From Ktedonobacterales bacterium (GTDB lineage Bacteria > Chloroflexota > Ktedonobacteria > Ktedonobacterales > JADMIN01), in NCBI GenBank assembly GCA_036557205.1, contig DATBIB010000125.1, positions 132,468-196,467 of the forward strand: a DNA stretch of 64,000 bases, in the 5' to 3' direction. The notes below the pieces were generated by a model, which was not told where the DNA came from, made no database searches, and saw nothing but the letters and a program-made list of their open reading frames with translations. Below, piece after piece: positions 11,448 to 19,549 of this stretch. Position numbers and translations under genes: made by a program. How positions within the stretch are numbered: the stretch's first letter is position 1; the number at the start of each line of letters is the position of its first letter.

Positions 11448-12278
11448 ATGCCAACGAACAACGGAGAGGCGACGTATCCCCTGGCGGTGTGGCGGCTGAT
11501 GATCGAGCGCGGGCCACGGACGGGGGCGTGGAATATGGCGCTCGACGAGGCGATCATGGACGCGGTGGCGGAGGGCGCTGCGCCGCCGACGCTGCGCTTC
11601 TACGCCTGGGAGCCGCCGTGCCTCTCGCTGGGCAAGCGTCAGCCGCTCGACGGCATTGATCTGGCGCGCTGCCGGGCGGATGGCATCGACGTGGTGCGCC
11701 GTGCGACGGGCGGCTTCGCCATCCTGCATACTGACGAGCTGACCTACAGCATCGCCACCCGGCCCGATGACCCGCGTGCCGACGGCGCGATTCTGGACGC
11801 CTATCGCACGCTAAGCCAGGGCCTGATGGCAGGGCTGCGGCTGCTCGGCGCGACGCCGGAGATGAATCCGGTCGTACCGGGGGGAGTGCATAACGCGAGC
11901 GCCGCCTGCTTCGAGGCGCCCTCGGCCTATGAGATCGTGATGGGCGGCCAGAAACTGATCGGCAGCGCGCAGGTGCGGCCCGCCGGGCGTGTCTTGCAGC
12001 ACGGCTCGTTGCCGCTGACGGGAGACATCGCGCGGCTGGTCCCCTATCTCGCCTATGAGGACGAGGATGAGCGGGCGGCGCTGGCAGAGCATCTGCGCGC
12101 GCGGGCGACGACGATCAGCGATGCGCTGGGGCGGGCGGTCAGCTTCGACGAGGCAGCGCAGGCGATGGCGCGCGGATTCGCCGGGGCGCTCGATCTGACA
12201 TTCGAGCCGGGCGAGGCGACCTCTGCCGAACTGGCGGCGGCGGAGTCGCGGATGGCGGAGAAGACGGTGGTGGGGTGA
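11448..12278 (+). CDS. lipoate-protein ligase / octanoyltransferase family protein (BPL/LPL catalytic domain)
   Basis: WNMALDEAIMDAVAEGAAPPTLRFYAWEPPCLSLGKRQ, RRATGGFAILH and KLIGSAQVR are typical of the LplA/LipB-like family. ATG 11448 was chosen as start but is uncertain. Confidence 0.8.
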   Translation: MPTNNGEATYPLAVWRLMIERGPRTGAWNMALDEAIMDAVAEGAAPPTLRFYAWEPPCLSLGKRQPLDGIDLARCRADGIDVVRRATGGFAILHTDELTYSIATRPDDPRADGAILDAYRTLSQGLMAGLRLLGATPEMNPVVPGGVHNASAACFEAPSAYEIVMGGQKLIGSAQVRPAGRVLQHGSLPLTGDIARLVPYLAYEDEDERAALAEHLRARATTISDALGRAVSFDEAAQAMARGFAGALDLTFEPGEATSAELAAAESRMAEKTVVG

Positions 12279-12280
12279 CT

Positions 12281-12417
12281 GCCCTCTCTCCCGGCCTTCG
12301 GCCACCCTCCCCCTGACGGGAGAGGGACTGGGCGACCAATGCGGCGGATGGCGACGGCCTGTCGCTAATCCCCCCTCTCCCTACAAGGGGGAGGGGCCGG
12401 GGGAGGGGGGCGGTGGC
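12281..12417. repeat. G-rich hairpin repeat, two modules (B-type plus a CCCCTCTCCC/GGGGGAGGGG hairpin)
   Basis: GCCCTCTCTCCCGGCCTTCGGCCACCCTCCCCCTGACGGGAGAGGGACTGGG ... CCCCCCTCTCCCTACAAGGGGGAGGGGCCGGGGGAGGGGGG. It begins 2 nt after the stop at 12278. Confidence 0.85.
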
Positions 12418-12449
12418 CAGCATTGAAATACTAAGAGAGAGTACACACT

Positions 12450-13595
12450 ATGGGCGAGAAGCTGCGGGTTGGGGTCATCTTTGGCGGGCGCTCCGGCGAG
12501 CACGAGGTCTCGATTGCCTCGGCCGCCTCGGTGCTGCAGGCGCTGGACGCCGAGAAGTACGAAGTCGTGCCGATTGGCATCACCGGTGAGGGGCACTGGC
12601 TGGCCGGGGTTGATCCGCAGCCGCTGCTGCAGGGCGCGACGATGGAGGACGCCGTACAGAACGGCGAGGCGACGGCGGTCACGATGACCGGCGACCCGAC
12701 CAGCCGCGGCCTCGTCCCGGTCGAGAGCCCCGACGACGACCCGGAGGCCGGTGGGCTGCATCCGCAGCGCCCGCTCGATATCGTCATCCCCGTCTTGCAC
12801 GGCACCTATGGCGAGGATGGCACGCTGCAAGGGCTGCTGGAGATGGCGGATGTCGCCTATGCGGGCTGTGGCGTGCTGGGCGCGGCGCTGGGTATGGATA
12901 AAGACAAGGCGAAGATGGTCTTCCGCACCGCCGGGCTGCCCATCGTGGACTGGCTGACCATCCGCCGCGTTGAGTTCGAGCGCGACCCAGAGGCCGTCTG
13001 CGCGCGCATCGCAGAGCGTTTCTCTGGCGCGGTCTTCGTCAAGCCCGCCAATATGGGGTCGAGCGTCGGCGTGGGCAAGGCGCACAACGCGGAGGAGCTG
13101 CCGCGCGTGGTGGCGGAGGCGCTGCAATACGACCGCAAGGCCATTGTCGAGCCTGCCATCAACTGCCGCGAGCTGGAGTGCGGCGTGCTGGGCAACGACG
13201 AGCCAATCGCCAGCATCGTCGGCGAGGTCGTCCCCAGCAACGAGTTCTACGACTACCGCGCCAAATATGTGGACAACGCCTCGCGGCTCTACATCCCCGC
13301 CGAGATCCCGCCCGAGACGATGGAGACGCTGCGCAAGATGGCGGTGGACGCCTTCCTCGCCCTCGACCTCTCCGGCCTGGCGCGGGTGGACTTTTTCCTC
13401 GACAAAGACTCAGGCCAGGTCTATCTGAACGAGGTCAATACGATGCCCGGCTTCACGCAGATCAGCATGTATCCCAAGCTGTGGGAGGCGAGCGGCGTCC
13501 CGTATCCGCAATTGCTCGACCGGCTGATCCAGTTGGGGCTGGAGCGGCACGCGGAAAAGCAGCGCAACCGCACGCGCTATTCGCCGGAAGAGTAG
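12450..13595 (+). CDS. ddl: D-alanine--D-alanine ligase
   Basis: 381 aa. VGVIFGGRSGEHEVSIASA, HGTYGEDGTLQGLLE, FVKPANMGSSVG and LNEVNTMPGFT are classic Ddl motifs. Confidence 0.95.
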   Translation: MGEKLRVGVIFGGRSGEHEVSIASAASVLQALDAEKYEVVPIGITGEGHWLAGVDPQPLLQGATMEDAVQNGEATAVTMTGDPTSRGLVPVESPDDDPEAGGLHPQRPLDIVIPVLHGTYGEDGTLQGLLEMADVAYAGCGVLGAALGMDKDKAKMVFRTAGLPIVDWLTIRRVEFERDPEAVCARIAERFSGAVFVKPANMGSSVGVGKAHNAEELPRVVAEALQYDRKAIVEPAINCRELECGVLGNDEPIASIVGEVVPSNEFYDYRAKYVDNASRLYIPAEIPPETMETLRKMAVDAFLALDLSGLARVDFFLDKDSGQVYLNEVNTMPGFTQISMYPKLWEASGVPYPQLLDRLIQLGLERHAEKQRNRTRYSPEE

Positions 13596-13604
13596 GCCAG
13601 CGGA

Positions 13605-13660
13605 CTGCCCCCTCCCCCTAACCCCCTCCCCTAATAGGGAGAGGGAACCAGAGTTCCCCC
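13605..13660. repeat. G-rich hairpin repeat (module A-like)
   Basis: CTGCCCCCTCCCCCTAACCCCCTCCCCTAATAGGGAGAGGGAACCAGAGTTCCCCC. It begins 9 nt after the ddl stop. Confidence 0.85.
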
Positions 13661-13721
13661 TCAATCACGGCGCTTGCCGGGCATATTGGGAAAAGTGCGC
13701 CCGCGCGCTGTCGCTGTCGCC

Positions 13722-13750
13722 TTGTAAAATGAGAACGCACGTTCTATAGT
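13722..13750 (+). promoter_or_regulatory. promoter candidate (TTGTAA-17-TATAGT) overlapped by a perfect AGAAC-N4-GTTCT palindrome (LexA/Cheo-box-like operator)
   Basis: TTGTAA at 13722-13727, TATAGT at 13745-13750. AGAACGCACGTTCT at 13732-13745 fills the spacer and touches the -10. It lies about 130 nt upstream of the PrimPol ATG at 13880. Confidence 0.55.
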
Positions 13751-13879
13751 TGCTGGTATAGTTGGAGTTGAGCGGGTGAGCCGGAAGACGGCGCCACGCT
13801 GTCCTGGTGCGCATCGAAAAGTGCGCGCGGGATGGTGGGGCGCCGTTTTTTCATGGGGAGTGGGAAGTGGAGGACGACG

Positions 13880-16285
13880 ATGGGCGCGGCGGTGAACAAG
13901 GAAGATGGGATGCTGGCGGCGGCGCGAGCCTATACGCGGCGGGGATGGCGCGTCGTGCCAGTGCGGCGGGGCGAGAAGAGTGTGGCGATTGCCCGCTGGA
14001 CGGAGCTGCGCATTGACGAGGACGATCTGCCGCGGTGGTTTCGAGGCGCGGCGGCCCATAACATCGGGATTCTGACGGGGGAGCCGAGCGGCGGGCTGGT
14101 GGATGTGGACTGCGACGCGCCCGAGGCACGCGCAGCGGCGAAGGATCTGCTGCCCGCGACGGGATTGGTGTCTGGCCGGGCCAGCGCGCCCGCCAGCCAC
14201 TACTGGTATCGTGTGGCGGGAGACGGCGAGGATGCGATTCCGGCGACGGCGCAGTTTGCGTATGTGGGGGAGGCCCTCTCCCCCAGCCCCTCCCCTAAAG
14301 GGGGAGGGGAGCCAGAGGCAGAGCCAGAATCCTCGCCATCTGGCACGACGGTCGCCTTGGCCCTCCCCGCGTCGGGGAGGGTGGCCGAAGGCCGGGAGAG
14401 GGCGGAGGCCAACCACCCACGCTCTATGCTGATCGAGTTGCGCGCGACAGGCTGCCAGACGGTGGCGCCGCCCTCGGCGCATCCCAGCGGCGAGGTGGTG
14501 CGCTGGGAACGCGATGGTGAGCCGGGCGTGGCGACGGGGCCGGACCTGCTGCGTTCGGTGGCGCAGGTGGCGGCGGTGGCTCTCCTGGCGCGGCGCTGGC
14601 CGGGCGAGGGGCAGCGCGATGAGGCGGCCAAAGACCTCGCCGGGCTGCTGCTGCGTGGCGGCTGGGCGGGAGGCGACGAAAAGGAGACAGACCGCTTCGT
14701 GCGGCTGGTGGCGCGCATCGCGGGCGACGAGGAATGGCGCAAGCGTGGCAAGGCGCGTGGGACGGCGCGCAAGCTGGCCGAAGGCAGCGAGGTGACGGGC
14801 GGACCCGCGCTGGCCGGTCGGCTGGCCGGTGATGGGGAGCGGGTGGTGGCGCAGGTACGCGCGTGGCTGGGACTGGATGGGTCTGGTGGCCTCGGCAGCG
14901 CGCACGCTAGCGAAGGACGCCAAACTTCTGAAGGTCGAAACATTGGCGAGTTGGCGGCCTTCGCGACGGTTCAGCCACAGATTACCCTTTATAGCGAGGT
15001 GACGTTGACGCGCGTCAACTGGCTCTGGCAGGGACGCATCCCACTGGGGAAGATTACCTTGCTGGATGGCGATCCCGGGCTGGGCAAGTCGCTCATCACG
15101 CTCGACCTGGCGGCGCGTGTCTCCACCGGACGTCGCATGCCTGACGAGTCGCCCGGCGTGGACGGCGGTGTGGTGCTCCTTTCCGCCGAAGACGACCCCG
15201 GCGACACCATCGGGCCGCGGCTGCGCATGGCAGGCGCCGCGATGAACCGCGTGGCGGGCGTTCCCGGCGTGCAGGAGTATGATTCCGCAAGCGGTAAAAT
15301 GCTCGACCGGAGGTTTGTGCTGCCGGACAGTCTCCCGGCGCTGGAACAGGCCATCCAGCAGGTCGAGGCGCGGTTGGTGGTGATCGATCCGCTGATGGCC
15401 TTTCTCGCCGACTCAATGAACAGCTGGCGTGATCAGGATGCGCGCGCGGCCCTGGCTCCGCTGGCGGCGCTGGCGGCACGGACGGGGGCCGCAGTGCTGA
15501 TTCTGCGCCATTTGACCAAAGCGGCGGGTGGCAATCCTACTTATCGTGGCGGTGGCTCTATCGGCTTTATCGGCGCGGCGCGTTCCGGCCTGCTGGTGGC
15601 AAAGCATCCCGACAACCCCGACCATGAGTGTGTGTTGGCATCCATCAAGGGCAACCTTGGTCCGCCAGCGCCCTCACTCCGTTACCAGATCGTCGCGCCC
15701 CTGAAGGACAATGAGGGGCTGGAGGAAGATGGCAGCGAGCAGCTGCGCGATGTGCCGGTCATCGACTGGTTGGGCGCGTGCGACCTGAACGCGGCCAGAC
15801 TGCTGGCGTTCTCGGATCATGCTGGCGACGAGGGGCGCGCCACGAAGCGAGAGCGGGCCAAGGCATGGCTGCGTGAGGCGCTTGAGGGTGGTCCCCATCC
15901 GGCGGCGGACCTGGAGGCCGCCGCACGCGCCGAGGGTATCGCCCAGCGAACGTTGGAACGTGGGGCCAGCGACCTCAACGTCGCGACAGAAAAGGTTGGC
16001 TATGAACAGGGGAGCTACTGGCAATGGCGCTTGCCCGTCGCGCCCGCTCCATCGAAGGCCGCCAACTCGCCAGAAGCACGCCAACCGCCACATGTGGCGG
16101 ACTTCGCAAACGCTGGCGTGCTTCGTATCCCAGACCCGGCAGAAGCGGCTAACACCAGAGAACCGCCGACAGCGACCACCCCATCCACACGCTGCCCGGT
16201 CACTGGCGGCCCGCACGAATACGCGATGATGCGCGACACGCAGGGACGGTTCCTCTGCGTCGAGTGCGAGCAGCCGCGCCCGTGA
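13880..16285 (+). CDS. bifunctional primase-polymerase (PrimPol N-terminal domain) fused to a RecA-like/RepA-type ATPase, winged-helix region and C-terminal zinc ribbon
   Basis: RRGWRVVPVRRGEKSVAI...NIGILTGEPSGGLVDVDCD...CQTVAPPSAHPSGEVVRWE fits a PrimPol domain. GKITLLDGDPGLGKSL (Walker A) and RLVVIDPLMAFL (Walker B) fit an AAA_25/RepA-like domain. The C-terminus carries CPVTGGPHEY..RFLCVECEQ. ATG 13880 is preceded by GGAAGTGGAGGA; the long ORF opens at 13832. Confidence 0.85.
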   Translation: MGAAVNKEDGMLAAARAYTRRGWRVVPVRRGEKSVAIARWTELRIDEDDLPRWFRGAAAHNIGILTGEPSGGLVDVDCDAPEARAAAKDLLPATGLVSGRASAPASHYWYRVAGDGEDAIPATAQFAYVGEALSPSPSPKGGGEPEAEPESSPSGTTVALALPASGRVAEGRERAEANHPRSMLIELRATGCQTVAPPSAHPSGEVVRWERDGEPGVATGPDLLRSVAQVAAVALLARRWPGEGQRDEAAKDLAGLLLRGGWAGGDEKETDRFVRLVARIAGDEEWRKRGKARGTARKLAEGSEVTGGPALAGRLAGDGERVVAQVRAWLGLDGSGGLGSAHASEGRQTSEGRNIGELAAFATVQPQITLYSEVTLTRVNWLWQGRIPLGKITLLDGDPGLGKSLITLDLAARVSTGRRMPDESPGVDGGVVLLSAEDDPGDTIGPRLRMAGAAMNRVAGVPGVQEYDSASGKMLDRRFVLPDSLPALEQAIQQVEARLVVIDPLMAFLADSMNSWRDQDARAALAPLAALAARTGAAVLILRHLTKAAGGNPTYRGGGSIGFIGAARSGLLVAKHPDNPDHECVLASIKGNLGPPAPSLRYQIVAPLKDNEGLEEDGSEQLRDVPVIDWLGACDLNAARLLAFSDHAGDEGRATKRERAKAWLREALEGGPHPAADLEAAARAEGIAQRTLERGASDLNVATEKVGYEQGSYWQWRLPVAPAPSKAANSPEARQPPHVADFANAGVLRIPDPAEAANTREPPTATTPSTRCPVTGGPHEYAMMRDTQGRFLCVECEQPRP
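14273..14402. repeat. composite G-rich hairpin repeat (module A forward + module B reverse) lying in frame inside the PrimPol ORF
   Basis: GCCCTCTCCCCCAGCCCCTCCCCTAAAGGGGGAGGGGAGCCAGAGG ... GGGGAGGGTGGCCGAAGGCCGGGAGAGGG. It translates as ALSPSPSPKGGGEPEAEPESSPSGTTVALALPASGRVAEGRER. Confidence 0.85.
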
Positions 16286-16403
16286 CCCTCTCCCCCGGCC
16301 CCTCCCCTAAAAGGGAGGGGAGCCAGAATCCATGTCCAACACGCGTACGGCCGGGGCGGCATTTCGCTCTGGATCTGGTTCCCCCTCTCCTGCGAGGGGG
16401 CTG
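16286..16403. repeat. G-rich hairpin repeat, module A forward plus a second short hairpin module
   Basis: CCCTCTCCCCCGGCCCCTCCCCTAAAAGGGAGGGGAGCCAGAATC begins immediately after the PrimPol TGA (16283-16285). The second unit is CTCTGGATCTGGTTCCCCCTCTCCTGCGAGGGGGCTGG. Confidence 0.9.
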
Positions 16404-16542
16404 GCGCGCGAGGCGAGAGCCTCGGAGCGCGCGTCAAGCGTGCGGAGCGCCAGCGGCCCGCAGGGCGGGGGTTAGGGAGAGCGGTCCGCGCGCTACAATA
16501 GAACAGCCAACCATCACCACACACCACGAAAGTGAGCAGCGT

Positions 16543-17193
16543 ATGACGGACCGGGAGGAGATCGTCGCCGCGGCGGAGGCGTTCGCGCGGGGCGTGCTGA
16601 CGGGCGAGAGCAGCGGCCACGACTGGTGGCATATCGCCCGGGTGCGGGCGCTGGCGCACACCATCGCAGAAGCCGAGCAGGCCGACACCTTCATCTGCGC
16701 GCTGGCCGCCCTGCTCCACGACATCGCCGACCCCAAGATCGCGGGCGACTGGGAGAGCGGTCTCGCCCGCATCGGCGACTGGCTCACCGCGCACCACGTC
16801 CCCGCCGACGAGCGCGAGCACATCCTGGAGATCATCGCCACCATCTCCTTCGCGGGCGGCAGCAAGCCCGCGCCCCGTACGCTGGAGGGCCGCATCGTGC
16901 AGGATGCCGACCGCCTGGACGCCATCGGCGCCATCGGCATCGCCCGCGCCTTCGCGTATGGCGGCGCGCATGGGCGCATCCTCTATGATCCTGAGATTCC
17001 CCCGCGCGCGACGATGACCGCCGAGGAGTATCGCAGCCACCTCACGCCGACCATCAACCACTTCTACGAGAAGCTGCTCCTGCTGAAAGACCTCATGAAC
17101 ACCGGCTACGCCCGCCAGCTGGCCGAGCAGCGCCAGCGCGTGATGGAGGCGTTTCTCGACGAGTTCTACGCCGAATGGGACGGCACACGCTAA
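16543..17193 (+). CDS. HD-domain metal-dependent phosphohydrolase
   Basis: ATG 16543. SSGHDWWHIARV ... AALLHDIADPK ... IVQDADRLDAIGAIGIARAF are the H..HD..D signature of HD hydrolases (YedJ/YpgQ-like). The upstream part of ORF 16264.. is repeat-derived. Confidence 0.85.
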   Translation: MTDREEIVAAAEAFARGVLTGESSGHDWWHIARVRALAHTIAEAEQADTFICALAALLHDIADPKIAGDWESGLARIGDWLTAHHVPADEREHILEIIATISFAGGSKPAPRTLEGRIVQDADRLDAIGAIGIARAFAYGGAHGRILYDPEIPPRATMTAEEYRSHLTPTINHFYEKLLLLKDLMNTGYARQLAEQRQRVMEAFLDEFYAEWDGTR

Positions 17194-17204
17194 TCGGGGA
17201 TGCT

Positions 17205-17302
17205 GCCCTCTCCCCCAGCCCCTCCCCGGCGCGGGGAGGGGAGCCAGAGGCCGTGTCTGGGTCTGGTTCCCCCTCCCTTTTAGGGGGTTAGGGGGAGAGG
17301 GC
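17205..17302. repeat. head-to-head pair of module A repeats forming a roughly 98-nt palindrome
   Basis: GCCCTCTCCCCCAGCCCCTCCCCGGCGCGGGGAGGGGAGCCAGAGG ... CTGGTTCCCCCTCCCTTTTAGGGGGTTAGGGGGAGAGGGC. It begins 11 nt after the stop at 17193. Confidence 0.9.
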
Positions 17303-17406
17303 CGGGGGATGCCGTGCGTGCCTCCGTTGTGGCACACTATACTGTATGGTAGATGCCAGTTAGAGCCATCCTGCCTTGGATGGCCGCTCTCGAACGAGGT
17401 TAACCT

Positions 17407-18516
17407 ATGGCTCGCGCCGCGCGCACCCCAACCACGCCCACCACCATCGTCCGCCTGGACGCCGAACCGCTGGATATCGCGCTCCACGAGCCATTCGTCA
17501 TCGCGACGGGCCGTGTCGAGGCCGCCCGCAATGTGCTCGTGCGAGTCACCCTCGCCGATGGCACGGTGGGCCTGGGCGAGTCCGCGCCCTTCCCCCCGAG
17601 CGGCGGCGAGACGCAGGAAACCGCGCTGGCGGCGCTCCACGGCATGGTCCCGCTGGTGGAAGGCTACGACGCCGCCTCATGGCGTCCGCTATCAGAGCAG
17701 CTGCTAGCCAGCTTCGAGCACCAGACGACGGCGCGCGCGGGTGTGGAGACCGCCGTACTGGATGCGCTCACCCGCTCGTGGGGCATCCCACTCTACCAGT
17801 TCTTCGGCGGCGTCCAGTCGCAGGTCGAGACCGACGTCAGCATCCCCATCGTCGCGCCCGGCCGCGTGGCCGAGCTGGCCCGGCTGCACGCGCGCCAGGG
17901 GGCGGCGACGCTCAAGCTCAAAGTCGGATCGAACGTGGATGACGACGCCGACCGCGTGCTGGCGCTGGTCGAGGCCGCGCCCGACTGCGACCTGATCCTC
18001 GATGGCAACCAGGGCTACACCCCTACCGAGGCGCTGGAGCTGCTACGCGCGCTGAAGGATGAAGACGTCGAGCCGGTCCTCTTCGAGCAGCCCGTCCACC
18101 GCCACGACCTCGAAGGGCTGCGCTTCGTCACCGAGCGCGCGGGCATCCCCGTCGCCGCCGACGAGAGCGTCCAGACGGCAGCCGACGCGCTGCGCATCGC
18201 GCGGATGGGCGCGGCCAACGTCGTCAATATCAAGCTGATGAAGGCGGGCATCGTCGAGGCGCTCGCCATCGCGGCGGTCTGTCGCGCCGCCAACATCGAC
18301 CTGATGATCGGCGCGATGATCGAGTCGCGGCTGGGCATCGCGACCTCCGCCCACTTCATCGCGGGCCTCGGCGGCTTCCACTACGTCGATCTCGATACCG
18401 CGATGCTCCTCGCCGACGACCCCTTCACCGGCGGCTACGCGCAGTCCAGCATGACGCTCGCGCTCGACCCAGCCCAGCCCGGCCACGGCGTCCGCATGCG
18501 CGAGGCGAACGAGTAG
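17407..18516 (+). CDS. dipeptide epimerase (L-Ala-D/L-Glu epimerase-like), enolase superfamily
   Basis: 369 aa. The enolase-superfamily barrel shows LKLKVG, LILDGNQGY, LFEQPV, AADESV and NIKLMKAGI, as in muconate-lactonizing/dipeptide epimerase enzymes. Confidence 0.85.
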   Translation: MARAARTPTTPTTIVRLDAEPLDIALHEPFVIATGRVEAARNVLVRVTLADGTVGLGESAPFPPSGGETQETALAALHGMVPLVEGYDAASWRPLSEQLLASFEHQTTARAGVETAVLDALTRSWGIPLYQFFGGVQSQVETDVSIPIVAPGRVAELARLHARQGAATLKLKVGSNVDDDADRVLALVEAAPDCDLILDGNQGYTPTEALELLRALKDEDVEPVLFEQPVHRHDLEGLRFVTERAGIPVAADESVQTAADALRIARMGAANVVNIKLMKAGIVEALAIAAVCRAANIDLMIGAMIESRLGIATSAHFIAGLGGFHYVDLDTAMLLADDPFTGGYAQSSMTLALDPAQPGHGVRMREANE

Positions 18517-18667
18517 CGCCGTATCGCGCCCTCTCGGCCATGAATGGCCGGAGTAGGCAGAGACGGGCCTCAGATAGCGGGCATATTCGCTGTCGCCAGC
18601 GCCTGCGCTCATACGTCCTGGTATGAGGGCGATAACGACGAGAGCGCGGAGGCGAGGAGAAAGGCGC

Positions 18668-19417
18668 ATGGCGACGGACGACGCATTCCCGGCGCGCATC
18701 GTGCCCGTCGTCACGCCAACCGCTACCCCCAGCGTCGCCCCGAATGTGCTGAGCATGCCAGCCGTCGGCGTGGATACGGATGGTGCGCTCGCTGGCGCGT
18801 CATCTGGCCTGGAAAGTGCGACACATCTCACCAGGGTCGATATTCCGACCAGGGAAGAACAGGAGGCAACTGCTATGGAAGGTTCAGTCTCACCGACCAG
18901 CTCCGCGCAATCTGGCGTCACGTCAGAGACGATACACGATGAAAACCAGATTGCCGAGGTGCTCGACGAATCGCAGCACGCCTATACACGCTCGGCAACG
19001 CACCCCGCGTCGCCCGAGATGAGCCAGCGCCAGCCTACCGCTTCACCCATAACCAGAACCCCGCCGCCCACCGAAGGCGGCCGCCTCTCCTGGCTTCCAG
19101 GGGTCGCGCTGGCCGCGCTGATCGTCGGCCTCGCCGCCTGGACCGTCTCGCGGTCAATCCGCCGCGGGCGTAAGAGAGCCGTCAAAGCCGCCAAGGCCGC
19201 GCGCGCCAACGTCCGTAGCTCCGTAAGCGACGCGCGCAAGTCGGCGGCGACCCTCGCGCAGACGATGCGGGCGAGCGCGAAAGAGGTGGCCGCCAGGCAG
19301 CGCGACACCGCTACCGACACCTTCAGCAACCTCTCCGCCGACGTACAGGCGCGCTACCGCTGGTTCCGGCGTGGCATGCGGGTCGGCGCGCAGACCGCCC
19401 GCTTCCAGAAGAAATAA
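18668..19417 (+). CDS. hypothetical membrane-anchored protein (low-complexity N-terminus, one TM, basic C-terminus)
   Basis: ATG 18668 is preceded by AGGAGAAAGG. TM segment LSWLPGVALAALIVGLAAWTV. No family recognised. Confidence 0.5.
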   Translation: MATDDAFPARIVPVVTPTATPSVAPNVLSMPAVGVDTDGALAGASSGLESATHLTRVDIPTREEQEATAMEGSVSPTSSAQSGVTSETIHDENQIAEVLDESQHAYTRSATHPASPEMSQRQPTASPITRTPPPTEGGRLSWLPGVALAALIVGLAAWTVSRSIRRGRKRAVKAAKAARANVRSSVSDARKSAATLAQTMRASAKEVAARQRDTATDTFSNLSADVQARYRWFRRGMRVGAQTARFQKK

Positions 19418-19498
19418 CGCTGGCGGCTGAAGCCGCGCCTAGGGGTTGCTGCGCAAACACAAAGCCCGCCTGCGCGGGCTGCCAGAAAGCCAGCAACG

Positions 19499-19545
19499 CT
19501 CTGGTCCCCCCTCCCTTTTAGGGGAGGGGGTTAGGGGGAGAGGGC
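19499..19545. repeat. G-rich hairpin repeat, module A (reverse)
   Basis: CTCTGGTCCCCCCTCCCTTTTAGGGGAGGGGGTTAGGGGGAGAGGGC ends 4 nt before the stop (19550) of the minus-strand aldehyde dehydrogenase. A separate short hairpin AGCCCGC-CTGC-GCGGGCT lies at 19463-19480. Confidence 0.9.
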
Positions 19546-19549
19546 AGGT

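Noticed and set aside
13661-14943. Minus-strand ORFs 13661..14923 (420 aa) and 14200..14943 (247 aa) overlapping the PrimPol gene
   Set aside because: The composition is Arg/Pro/Ala-rich, and they contain the repeat-derived pseudo-peptide PSPFRGGAGGEG. The opposite strand carries clear PrimPol and Walker motifs.
16015-17640. 541-aa minus-strand ORF spanning the PrimPol 3' end, two repeat loci, the HD hydrolase and the epimerase start
   Set aside because: It runs through intergenic repeats (PLPFRGGAGGEG and PNPLKGRGNQTQ motifs) and is antisense to a motif-rich HD-domain gene. It is a high-GC artefact.
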